A stretch of DNA of 64,000 nucleotides, taken from a virus. Under the pieces are notes generated by a model that was not told the DNA's origin, did no database searches, and was given only the letters and a program-made list of their open reading frames with translations. Within the stretch, counting starts at the first letter, position 1, and every line of letters begins with the position of its first letter. This document shows positions 8,811-16,636 of this stretch, piece after piece. The translations under genes and the position numbers were made by a program. The DNA lies in the IMG/VR virus record IMGVR_UViG_3300045988_107529, positions 16,779 through 80,778 of that record. One strand, given 5' to 3'.

Positions 8811-9109
8811 ATTATGCAAATCTACGAAAATGTAGCCGCCATTATATTATATATAATTATATAATTATTCTCTGCCCTTCCTAGATTCCTAAAGCTGGAG
8901 TTTATTAAAAGATATGCTATACAGTACCGTATAATAATATATAAGATATAACTACAAATAAAGATTATAATATAATACCCCAATTATTATTTATTAATTA
9001 TTAACAAAATAGATGGTTTTATTTTATGCAAAATTAAATTTGACAAGATATTAAAAACTGTGCTAAGGTATCAGCAACAAAGAAAACAGAATATTTTATT
9101 TTGAGTTTT

Positions 9110-9176
9110 AGAGAATGTACCCGAACACCCGGAAGCCTTCCGGGAATAAGCTTTACCCGGTGACATTCTCTTTTTT
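9110..9176 (+). terminator. branched hairpin plus T-run upstream of the TerS-like gene
   Basis: AGAGAATGT...ACATTCTCT outer stem, inner CCCGGAAGCCTTCCGGG, then TTTTTT. Confidence 0.5.
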
Positions 9177-9211
9177 ATTTGCAAATTAACGTGTTAAAGT
9201 GAGGTGATAAC

Positions 9212-9802
9212 ATGAAAGATAATGCAGTAAAAGCACAAGATATAGAAATCTATTTAGATAATATTAATATATATGCTGATGAATATATAAATACTGTATT
9301 ATGTATATCACCAGATAACGAAAACTATAAGAAAGAAGTATCAGACAGCTTTGTAGATATGATTTTTTATATTGCAGATCATATACAAAAGCCAAGTAAT
9401 GACAATATAGAGCTATTAGATAAAATGTTTAATACTTATGTGAGATTATGCAGTAAATATCATGTATTACCAACCCTAGAAGTATTTAGCTTTTTAGTTG
9501 GGATTAATCGTACAACGTTTACTGACTGGATGAATGGAGTGTATAGAATAAACTCATCACATGGCGACACGGCTAAAAAATGGTTTGATATTTGCAAAAA
9601 CTGTGCAATTAATAGACTGCATAACCAGACCGGAACAAATGCGAATTTGATATTTGTTGCAAAAGCTGCATACGGCATGGCAGAAACTGCACCAGTGCAA
9701 GCCACGCAGCAGTACGGCGTACCACAGCAAACCGCGCAGCAGATCGCAGAGAAGCACAAAGCCGCTTTGCAGCTTCCGGAGATGGAAAAGCCGGAGCTAT
9801 AG
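9212..9802 (+). CDS. putative terminase small subunit (gp3/DNA-packaging type)
   Basis: PTLEVFSFLVGINRTTFTDWMNG looks like an HTH, and NANLIFVAKAAYGMAE resembles the ..IF.LKN.. signature of small terminases. The assignment is from memory and the gene is not adjacent to TerL. Confidence 0.45.
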   Translation: MKDNAVKAQDIEIYLDNINIYADEYINTVLCISPDNENYKKEVSDSFVDMIFYIADHIQKPSNDNIELLDKMFNTYVRLCSKYHVLPTLEVFSFLVGINRTTFTDWMNGVYRINSSHGDTAKKWFDICKNCAINRLHNQTGTNANLIFVAKAAYGMAETAPVQATQQYGVPQQTAQQIAEKHKAALQLPEMEKPEL

Positions 9803-10141
9803 CACGGAAAACTATATCTTGCAGTTTAGCAATAGTACACACAATATATAGTATGTAGTGATGTTTATTTAGGGTACACCCTAAAAACACATTTCATAAA
9901 ACACTGTTTTTTGTGCAATATTACAATAGATTTTGTATAGCATTCCCTTGACCACTGCCGAAGGCCTACAATAAACAGCGACCAGGCAAGGGCAGCGGTT
10001 CCCATGGGGCGGCGGGCTGACTTGCCAGCGTCCGCACTGGATGACCGGGAGGGGGTATATATAAAACCCCATACAGGTTGAATGAGTAACCCGAATAAAG
10101 AACCTATTGTATTTTGTCCTACATATATAAGGAATGATGAT

Positions 10142-10297
10142 ATGACAAAAGGAAGGCCAACTACAGACCCAAAGGGAGATTCAATAAGAGTTCGAGTAAA
10201 TAATGATATGAGAATGCTTCTTGAAAAGGAATCTCTTCGATCTGGAAAAAGTATTTCACAAATTATTAGAGATTTGATAATGAGTTATTTGATTTAG
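10142..10297 (+). CDS. ribbon-helix-helix (CopG-like) protein
   Basis: MTKGRPTTDPKGDSIRVRVNNDMRMLLEKESLRSGKSISQIIRDLIMSYL gives a beta-strand then two helices, the RHH pattern. Confidence 0.55.
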   Translation: MTKGRPTTDPKGDSIRVRVNNDMRMLLEKESLRSGKSISQIIRDLIMSYLI

Positions 10298-10361
10298 AAA
10301 TGGGGTCACACAGATAAGGAGGACGTCCTAAACTGCAGCCTCCCATCAAAAAAGAGAACCA

Positions 10362-10595
10362 TTAAGGCTCTCTTTTCAGATCATTGCTATTAAATTTTAC
10401 TATGATATCTGGAAATGCTTCAACAGAAATTTGACAACCAAGAAAGTCAAGGATGGCTATAAGCTCATATGCAGAAAGCGTTTCTCTGGAAAACTTGTTA
10501 GCTAGTGCTTGTGGTGAAGTTCCTAGATGTTCAGCAACTTGAATATTTGTAATTTTTTTCATTTTCATTATTTGCTTAATTTTTTGAGATACCAT
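10362..10595 (-). CDS. XRE-family HTH regulator
   Basis: KMKKITNIQVAEHLGTSPQALANKFSRETLSAYELIAILDFLGCQISVE. The gene is divergent from the recombinase gene. Confidence 0.65.
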   Translation of the reverse strand: MVSQKIKQIMKMKKITNIQVAEHLGTSPQALANKFSRETLSAYELIAILDFLGCQISVEAFPDIIVKFNSNDLKREP

Positions 10596-10673
10596 ATAAA
10601 CACCTCCTACTTACATAATAAACGCAAATGTTATAAAAATCAATTAAAATTCACTTAAACGTGTGATTTACTA

Positions 10674-10702
10674 TTGAAAAAACACACATTATAGTGTATA
10701 AT
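10674..10702 (+). promoter_or_regulatory. sigma-A-type promoter of the recombinase gene
   Basis: TTGAAA (10674-10679), 17-nt spacer, TATAAT (10697-10702) preceded by TG. Confidence 0.6.
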
Positions 10703-10732
10703 TGTTTTATAAAGAAACAGGAGTGTGTATAT

Positions 10733-11323
10733 ATGAAAGTAGGATATGTAAGAGTTTCAACAGTAGAACAAAATGAAGCGAGACAGATTGAAGCAATGAA
10801 AACAGATGGTGTTGAAAAAATTTATATGGATAAAAAATCTGGGAAAGACTTCAATCGTCCAGAGTATCAGAGAATGATTTCAGAGCTAACAAAAGACGAT
10901 ATATTGGTAATCCATTCAATTGACCGTCTTGGAAGAAACTACAATGAAATTGTTGAACAGTGGAGATGTATCACAAAAGAAATCGGAGCCGATATTATCG
11001 TACAGGACATGCCACTTCTTAACACATGCCAGGATAAAGACCTAACAGGAACCTTAATTACAGACATTGTATTGCAGCTTTTTTCATATGTAGCCCAAAG
11101 AGAGAGAGAAAACACTCGCCAACGTCAAAAAGAAGGCATTGAAATAGCAAAGACGCAAGGCAAATATAAAGGCCGCGCCAAAAAAGAGATAGATAAGGAA
11201 CTTTTCAAAGAAACCAAACGTAGCTGGCAAAGAGGGGAAATAACAAAGGTACAATTTGCCGAGATTATGGGAGTTTCAAGAAGCACGCTATATAAACTTT
11301 TAGAGGGGGATAAAGATGATTGA
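10733..11323 (+). CDS. small serine recombinase (resolvase/invertase type)
   Basis: MKVGYVRVSTVEQNEARQ carries the catalytic Ser motif. Also present are DRLGRN and the C-terminal HTH FAEIMGVSRSTLYKLL. Confidence 0.85.
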   Translation: MKVGYVRVSTVEQNEARQIEAMKTDGVEKIYMDKKSGKDFNRPEYQRMISELTKDDILVIHSIDRLGRNYNEIVEQWRCITKEIGADIIVQDMPLLNTCQDKDLTGTLITDIVLQLFSYVAQRERENTRQRQKEGIEIAKTQGKYKGRAKKEIDKELFKETKRSWQRGEITKVQFAEIMGVSRSTLYKLLEGDKDD

Positions 11324-11783
11324 TTTTACAAACAAATGCATTGTTACAGAAAACAATGTTGAATCAGAACAGTTGCTTAAAAAAGCAATAGCCCAAGGAT
11401 TTAACTTGCCAAAAGGCGAAAAAGCAATGGAATCACATAGATACTTTCGTTTTATCGGGAGTCCGTATAAACATGTTGTGGCTCCTGTCCCGGTATGTAC
11501 GAGTGATCTAAACAATGCAATCAGATACTCAGAGTTATTCGGTAATGAACTGGAAGAACTTGAAAAAATTACTGATTCAGCTGCACGTTGGTGCCGTACA
11601 TACGGATATGAACATTTGAATGTATATGCAAATGAAGAATTCGAAAGTTATACTGGAAAGGCAATTGCAAAAACAGCAGATAACATCATACAGCGTGTTA
11701 ATATTGAAATAAAGAAGCCACGTAAACTGACTGTTTCAGAGTTAGAAGCATACTTAGGATATCCAATTGAAATTGTAAGTTGA
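11316..11783 (+). CDS. hypothetical protein
   Basis: 155-aa ORF coupled to the recombinase stop. Confidence 0.5.
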   Translation: MIDFTNKCIVTENNVESEQLLKKAIAQGFNLPKGEKAMESHRYFRFIGSPYKHVVAPVPVCTSDLNNAIRYSELFGNELEELEKITDSAARWCRTYGYEHLNVYANEEFESYTGKAIAKTADNIIQRVNIEIKKPRKLTVSELEAYLGYPIEIVS

Positions 11784-11794
11784 GGTAAATGCTC

Positions 11795-11950
11795 ATGAAA
11801 CCAAACTCACAATCCGAATCCATCCGCATCCGATTTTCCGAAAAACAGAAAAAAAGACTCCTGGAAGAGAAGAACCGGACGGACAGGAGTGTATCGGATA
11901 TCGTAAGACAGGCAGTTGATGAATATTTTGGTAGGAAAAGACGTGCTTAA
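11795..11950 (+). CDS. ribbon-helix-helix protein (51 aa, below ORF-track cutoff)
   Basis: The ATG at 11795 gives MKPNSQSESIRIRFSEKQKKRLLEEKNRTDRSVSDIVRQAVDEYFGRKRRA. This follows the RHH pattern (SIRIRF strand, two helices). Confidence 0.5.
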   Translation: MKPNSQSESIRIRFSEKQKKRLLEEKNRTDRSVSDIVRQAVDEYFGRKRRA

Positions 11951-12392
11951 ATTTTTCTCAAAAAATAAAAAAGGTGTTTCTGAATCCCAAGGCTTTAGTT
12001 CAGAAGAAATAGCGCATGGCGTGTTCAGAGTTGAAAAGAAAACAAATTATTTTCATAAAAAAGCAATTTGTAAAGATGGAAAGTTATACAACACCGAAAC
12101 AGCAATAAAAGTTATCGAACTTGATAAAGAAAAAGTGAATTGGTTTGGTTCATACCAGATGAGAACGTATTTTATAACGGCTAAAGGAAACTGGTTTTCT
12201 TGCTACACGCTTGTTGAAGCCGGAATACGTGAGCATATGAAACAAGTAGGCGACATTGATGTAAAAGTCGTGGAAACAGATGTTTCCTATTTAGATTTGG
12301 AATTGGAAAGCATTCAAGAAGTAAAGGAAAAATTAGGTTTTGCCGATATCGACCTTTACAAGAAATATTTCGGGGAGGTGGAAGAAGGATGA
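11919..12392 (+). CDS. hypothetical protein (start uncertain)
   Basis: ORF track 11916..12392. It overlaps the RHH ORF. A GTG at 11943 is an alternative start. Confidence 0.45.
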   Translation: MNILVGKDVLKFFSKNKKGVSESQGFSSEEIAHGVFRVEKKTNYFHKKAICKDGKLYNTETAIKVIELDKEKVNWFGSYQMRTYFITAKGNWFSCYTLVEAGIREHMKQVGDIDVKVVETDVSYLDLELESIQEVKEKLGFADIDLYKKYFGEVEEG

Positions 12393-12805
12393 ATTGTTTT
12401 TTATACATAATTGGGAATGATATTTGTAAATGTGAAAAAGAAGAAGATATTCCAAGAGAAGCTATTAGAACACTTAAATTGCAAAACGGAGAATTATTTT
12501 CAAATGGAAACGGAGAATGGAAAAAGTTATTCATGCCGGATGCACCAATAAGTGATAACAAGGATAGTCTTCCCGAATCCCCCATTGATGTAGCCTCTAT
12601 GCTTATCAATGCCACAGTAACTTGCGAACTACCAAATGAAGGCATTCCACTTTCCCCACTATTGGAACAAAAAACATGGGAAATTCCAAAATACAACATT
12701 CTGCAGTTGGAAGAGATTGCGAAACACCTTCTTCTCTACTGTGAAACTAAAAGAAAGGGGTACGAAGATGCCGATAGTGAAGATCACAAACCCCAACCCC
12801 TATGA
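12389..12805 (+). CDS. hypothetical protein
   Basis: 138-aa ORF with ATGA overlap to the upstream gene. Confidence 0.5.
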   Translation: MNCFLYIIGNDICKCEKEEDIPREAIRTLKLQNGELFSNGNGEWKKLFMPDAPISDNKDSLPESPIDVASMLINATVTCELPNEGIPLSPLLEQKTWEIPKYNILQLEEIAKHLLLYCETKRKGYEDADSEDHKPQPL

Positions 12806-13166
12806 TTGGCGTGGAACAAAATGTTTTATTGATGGGAATAAAGTTCCGAATGTACGATCAGTTGATTTCCATGTGGCAGTATATGGAATACCCGTGGTTA
12901 AATTTGAAATGATGGAAGTTCCAGATATTGAAATGGAGTGCCTAGCACAAATTAGTGTCACTTCTCAATCAATTACTGATGCAATTTCAGTTTTAAGGCA
13001 CGAATTACTACAACATGGAGAAATTTACAATGGATTCAAATCAAGCCTAAAATCGGCTTTAGAATCCTACAATTACTGTGGAATGCCATTTGAGCCAGAG
13101 GAAGAGATTGCAGAAAAAATTCTGAACTTCTTAATTGGGGAGGAAAAAGAAAATGAATGCACTTAA
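12768..13166 (+). CDS. hypothetical protein
   Basis: Start moved to MPIVKITNPNPYD, with AAAGGGG upstream. The rest of the track ORF 12636.. overlaps the previous gene. Confidence 0.5.
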   Translation: MPIVKITNPNPYDWRGTKCFIDGNKVPNVRSVDFHVAVYGIPVVKFEMMEVPDIEMECLAQISVTSQSITDAISVLRHELLQHGEIYNGFKSSLKSALESYNYCGMPFEPEEEIAEKILNFLIGEEKENECT

Positions 13167-13329
13167 TGTAATTGGGACAGCTGTAAATCTTGTATTTTTC
13201 GTTCTGGTTCTTGCTGGAACTTTAGCCATACTGGACGAAGAAGGAAAGACAAACGTAATACAGATTTTATTCTGCATTTGTTTAGAAATATGTTTCGCAC
13301 TTAATATTTTTTTAATCTGCACGAGGTGA
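13153..13329 (+). CDS. small membrane protein
   Basis: MNALNVIGTAVNLVFFVLVLAGTLAIL...ILFCICLEICFALNIFLI has two hydrophobic helices. Confidence 0.45.
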   Translation: MNALNVIGTAVNLVFFVLVLAGTLAILDEEGKTNVIQILFCICLEICFALNIFLICTR

Positions 13330-13627
13330 CAAATGTATTTACCGATTCCAATTGGAATTATCCCGATTGAGTTAATCGAAAGGGTTAAATTCATAAAAGC
13401 GCCGCTTCGACTTAATCCATGTAGGTTCGGGAAAGCCTATGAAAGTGATAAGTCGAGGCATCCAGAGTAGCGTAAGCTCTTATTGATGAATACGCCAGGA
13501 ATTATTGAATATTTAGAAAAAGAAAATTTCCCTCCTGGAAAAGAGTAATCAGTAAGAGCGGAAAGTTTATATACTTGTTTAGCTTAATATCACGACTTCC
13601 CCGGTTTTAATGGTGCGCCGGGGTTGA

Positions 13628-13700
13628 TGGGCTATCGCCAAACGGTTAAGGCACAGCACTTTGACTGCTATATTTGCTGGTTCGAATCCAGTTAGCCCAG
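13628..13700 (+). tRNA. tRNA-Gln (anticodon TTG)
   Basis: Hand-folded cloverleaf: TGGGCTA/TAGCCCA acceptor, GCC..GGC D-stem, loop CTTTGAC, GCTGG-TTCGAAT-CCAGT T-arm. Very similar to Bacillus tRNA-Gln as I remember it. No encoded CCA. Confidence 0.85.
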
Positions 13701-13850
13701 TTTGCGGTTTTGCTAACGCCGCAAGTTCATTTTATAACACTCTTTTCTGAAATCTAAAAGCGTTTCAGAAAACCTTTGTTGCGGTTGGTGGTCAAGAACT
13801 GCAACAGTGCCGGATTGTTTGTCATGGCGGTCAAATAATTCGGTATCTTA

Positions 13851-13923
13851 GGAAGCTTAGTTCAGCGGTAAGAGCAACGGCCTCATAAGCCGTAAGTCCT
13901 GGGTTCGAATCCCAGAGCTTCCA
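13851..13923 (+). tRNA. tRNA with CAT anticodon (elongator Met or Ile2/lysidine type)
   Basis: GGAAGCT/AGCTTCC acceptor, GTTC..GAGC D-arm, ACGGC-CTCATAA-GCCGT, CTGGG-TTCGAAT-CCCAG. Confidence 0.85.
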
Positions 13924-14216
13924 TTTCTTCTAAATGCCATTCATCCGTAATATGGGTGGAAAAAACTTCCAGTTGAGCGTGTGGATTAGGTAAATTTATA
14001 GGTGCGATACGGCGTAGCCTAAATGGATCTGATTTCCCGGCTGGTATATCTCGGAGTTAAAAACATTAACGCAGCGCACGTTAATAAAAGGAGTTTTCAA
14101 GAGATGCCGTTCAAAGACGCATAAAAATATCCAGTGAATCTACAGCACTAAAACTTGTAGATAGTGGAAAGCATAACACGATAAACCTATTGCTAACCCG
14201 GAAGAACCGGGTTATT

Positions 14217-14285
14217 CGGAAAGTGCAAGTAACTGGGAACGGGCTAGTCGACTAGGTCTTGATGGTTCGAATCCATCCTTTCCGA
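14217..14285 (+). ncRNA. tRNA-like element: acceptor stem plus T-arm, no foldable D/anticodon arms
   Basis: CGGAAAG...GATGG-TTCGAAT-CCATC-CTTTCCG-A. The interior contains only the palindrome CTAGTCGACTAG. 69 nt. Confidence 0.4.
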
Positions 14286-14444
14286 TTGTTTGGAGACTGA
14301 AAGTTTGGTGGTAGGAAAAGCACAGAGCAGTGCGTAGGAATGTATAACCGAGTTCCGAATACGTACTGTTTATCGGTGATATAGTGACTTCCTCTAGTAG
14401 TCAATAAGTGAACGTGCTGAAATGGTTCTTCCAAACATGTACAT

Positions 14445-14516
14445 AGCAGGATAGAGAAGCGGAATCTCGCATGGCTCATATCCATGAAAACGGCGGTTCG
14501 AATCCGTCTCCTGCTA
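14445..14516 (+). tRNA. second tRNA with CAT anticodon
   Basis: AGCAGGA/TCCTGCT acceptor, GAGA-AGCGGAA-TCTC, CATGG-CTCATAT-CCATG, GGCGG-TTCGAAT-CCGTC. Confidence 0.85.
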
Positions 14517-14575
14517 TTCCATCTACCAAGTGTAGATAGGAAATATGACTTTAGCATAGCTATTGTTGGTTTTTA

Positions 14576-14689
14576 GACGAGGCAGCTCAATTGGACAGAG
14601 CAATGAGAATATTAGTCATGTTTGTGACTATAACAGCAATTTACTCCATTACAAGGCATAGGTTGGTGGTTCGAATCCATCCCTCGTCA
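14576..14689 (+). ncRNA. 114-nt aberrant tRNA-like RNA (canonical acceptor, D- and T-arms; anticodon region replaced)
   Basis: GACGAGG/CCTCGTC acceptor, GCTC-AATTGGACA-GAGC D-arm, GGTGG-TTCGAAT-CCATC T-arm. The centre holds hairpin TAGTCA-TGTTTG-TGACTA plus about 34 extra nt. Confidence 0.45.
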
Positions 14690-14690
14690 C

Positions 14691-14781
14691 TGCCCCGGTT
14701 ATCGGTTACGGAAAACCGATTAGAACATGTTTGTGTTCTTCACTGCAAATAATTTTATAGGTTCAAATCCTGTCGGGGCAA
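14691..14781 (+). ncRNA. 91-nt aberrant tRNA-like RNA, tandem to the previous one
   Basis: TGCCCCG/CGGGGCA acceptor, ATCG(GTT)-loop-(AAC)CGAT arm, hairpin AGAACA-TGTTTG-TGTTCT, 17-nt linker, ATAGG-TTCAAAT-CCTGT T-arm. It starts 2 nt after the previous element ends. Confidence 0.45.
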
Positions 14782-14934
14782 TTATGTGATGCTTACAGCA
14801 ATCATTTTGGACATAACTGCTAAATTATGAAACCCAAAAGCATCATGAAATTTATGGGACGCTTACAGCAACTCACTTAAATAAAATCTAATTCGTATAT
14901 TTTATATTTTTTGTGTCCTGAAAGGAGAAGAAAC

Positions 14935-16386
14935 ATGGATTTTGCAAATGCAATGAAGGAAGAAAGCAAGTTTACAAGAACTGAAAACGGAGCAGTTGCG
15001 CTGAATACTACAAGTGATGCAAGACTTGACCTGTTCGGAACTATTGGTGCATTGAGAGAAGCTGATGAAAATAGAATCACCACTTTATTCTCAGAAGCAT
15101 TTGCACAGGATAAACTTTTTGCCACAAAGATTGCTTTTTATGCAAGAGATATTCGTTGTGGGCTTGGAGAGAGAAAAACTTTCCGAACCATTATCCGCTA
15201 CATGGCTGAACATCATCCAGAAGCACTCAGACCGAATCTTGATTTAATTGGAGTATTCGGGAGATACGATGATCTGTATGAACTGATTGAAACACCACTT
15301 GAAGATGACATGTGGAAATCTATGAAGAAACAATTTGAGGAAGATTTGAAAAATCTCAATGATGGAAAAGCAATTTCTTTACTTGCTAAATGGATTAAGA
15401 CTGCTGATGCAAGTAGCAGAGAAACTAGGAAGTTAGGAATCTTGACTGCACAGAAGTTGGGTTATCCAGTCTACAACTTTAAGAGAATTGTTCGTAGCAT
15501 GAGAAAACAGATCGGTGTTGTTGAAAGCCTTATGTCTGCCGGTAAATGGAATGAGATTAAATATCCAGAAGTTCCGAGCCGTGCAATGATGATTTATCGC
15601 AAGGCCTTTGCAAAACATGATCCAGATGGATTTAATGATTTTATTAATAAGGCTGATAAAGGAGAAGTTAAAATCAACGCTTCAACTTTGTATCCTTATG
15701 ACATCGTGGAAAAAATCCTTTACGGAAGAGAAAACAACAAAGTTCTTGAAGCACAGTGGAAAGCACTTCCAGATTATGTTGAACAGGGAACAAACGCACT
15801 CATAATGGCGGACGTATCTGGCTCAATGTATGGAAGACCAATGGCAACATCAATTGGACTAGCTATATATTTTGCCGAGAGAAACACAGGCGCATATCAT
15901 AATCTTTTTATGACTTTCTCGGCAAATCCACAGATTGTTACTTTGAAAGGAGAAACACTTTTTCAAAAGGTGAGAAATGTTAATAAGGCAGACTGGGGAA
16001 TGAATACAAACCTCAAAGCAGCATTCGAGAAAGTTCTTGATATTGCTGAAAAGAACAATATTTCACAAGAACAAATGCCAAAAGCTATCGTTGTAATTTC
16101 CGATATGGAAATTGATCGTTGCGGAAATAAGGACTGGTCTTTTTATGACAAAATGGAAAGTAAGTTTCGCAAAGCCGGATATGTTATTCCAAACATTATT
16201 TTCTGGAATGTCGAAAGCAGACATGATGTATTCCACGCGGACTCTACAAGGAAAGGCGTACAGCTTGCAAGTGGTCAGTCGGTGACAGTGTTCAAACAGG
16301 TGTTACAGAATCTTGGATACAATCCAATTGAAGCTATGGAGAACACGATCAATTCGGAAAGATACAATTGTATTACTGTCGAATGA
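14935..16386 (+). CDS. DUF2828-family protein with C-terminal vWA domain (MIDAS DxSxS)
   Basis: MDFANAMKEESKFTRTENGAVALNTTSDARLDLF... matches the DUF2828 N-terminus from memory. ALIMADVSGSMYGRPMATSIGLAIYFAE is a vWA MIDAS motif. AAAGGAGAAG RBS. Confidence 0.75.
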   Translation: MDFANAMKEESKFTRTENGAVALNTTSDARLDLFGTIGALREADENRITTLFSEAFAQDKLFATKIAFYARDIRCGLGERKTFRTIIRYMAEHHPEALRPNLDLIGVFGRYDDLYELIETPLEDDMWKSMKKQFEEDLKNLNDGKAISLLAKWIKTADASSRETRKLGILTAQKLGYPVYNFKRIVRSMRKQIGVVESLMSAGKWNEIKYPEVPSRAMMIYRKAFAKHDPDGFNDFINKADKGEVKINASTLYPYDIVEKILYGRENNKVLEAQWKALPDYVEQGTNALIMADVSGSMYGRPMATSIGLAIYFAERNTGAYHNLFMTFSANPQIVTLKGETLFQKVRNVNKADWGMNTNLKAAFEKVLDIAEKNNISQEQMPKAIVVISDMEIDRCGNKDWSFYDKMESKFRKAGYVIPNIIFWNVESRHDVFHADSTRKGVQLASGQSVTVFKQVLQNLGYNPIEAMENTINSERYNCITVE

Positions 16387-16446
16387 AACAAAAGTGAAAA
16401 CCATCTCAGTTCCTTTGAAAAGAACTGTCCGTGACAGGCGGCAATA

Positions 16447-16518
16447 TGAAACATAGCTCAGTGGTAGAGCAATGATACTCAATATCATGTGACACAGGTT
16501 CGATTCCTGTTGTTTCTA
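16447..16518 (+). tRNA. tRNA with TCA anticodon (UGA-reading: suppressor / Trp-UCA-like), unusual C33 and T1:T72 mismatch
   Basis: TGAAACA..TGTTTCT acceptor (first pair mismatched), GCTC-AGTGGTA-GAGC, ATGAT-ACTCAAT-ATCAT, ACAGG-TTCGATT-CCTGT. Confidence 0.65.
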
Positions 16519-16564
16519 TCTGGCAAATTGCCATTGCCAGAAGTTGCATTTTCCCCCTTAAAGT

Positions 16565-16619
16565 TCCAGTGTTTCTCGTTGGGAGATTCATGCCGTTCAA
16601 GTCGGCACACTGGATTTTT
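16565..16619 (+). ncRNA. anticodon-arm-less mini tRNA-like hairpin ending in a T-run (also works as terminator of the tRNA unit)
   Basis: TCCAGTG-TT-TCTC-GTTGG-GAGA-TTCA-TGCCG-TTCAAGT-CGGCA-CACTGGA-TTTTT. Confidence 0.4.
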
Positions 16620-16636
16620 CTAAATCGAGGTAATTT

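Noticed and set aside
9460-9890. Several minus-strand and alternative-frame ORFs over the 3' part of the TerS-like gene.
   Set aside because: The Cys/Ala-rich translations come from a locally GC-richer stretch, and they overlap a plausible plus-strand gene with a good start context.
9945-10070. Assignment of the GC-rich element to a specific ribozyme or riboswitch class (hammerhead, twister, HDV-like, c-di-GMP).
   Set aside because: I could not find the required conserved cores by eye, for example CUGAUGA...GAAA. It is reported only as an unclassified structured candidate.
10298-11323. An invertible DNA segment controlled by the small serine recombinase.
   Set aside because: I could not identify flanking inverted repeats (hix/res-like sites) by eye. 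The recombinase may be a resolvase or an alternative integrase, so no invertible element is claimed.
13701-14216. HDV-like (theta-type) ribozymes directly downstream of the phage tRNAs.
   Set aside because: The spacers after the tRNAs contain several simple hairpins, but I could not trace a nested double-pseudoknot with GC-rich P1/P3. This needs a covariance-model search.
14252-14557. 101-aa minus-strand ORF across the tRNA block.
   Set aside because: It overlaps a well-folded tRNA (14445-14516) and a tRNA-like element. There is no RBS, and the region is better explained as RNA genes.
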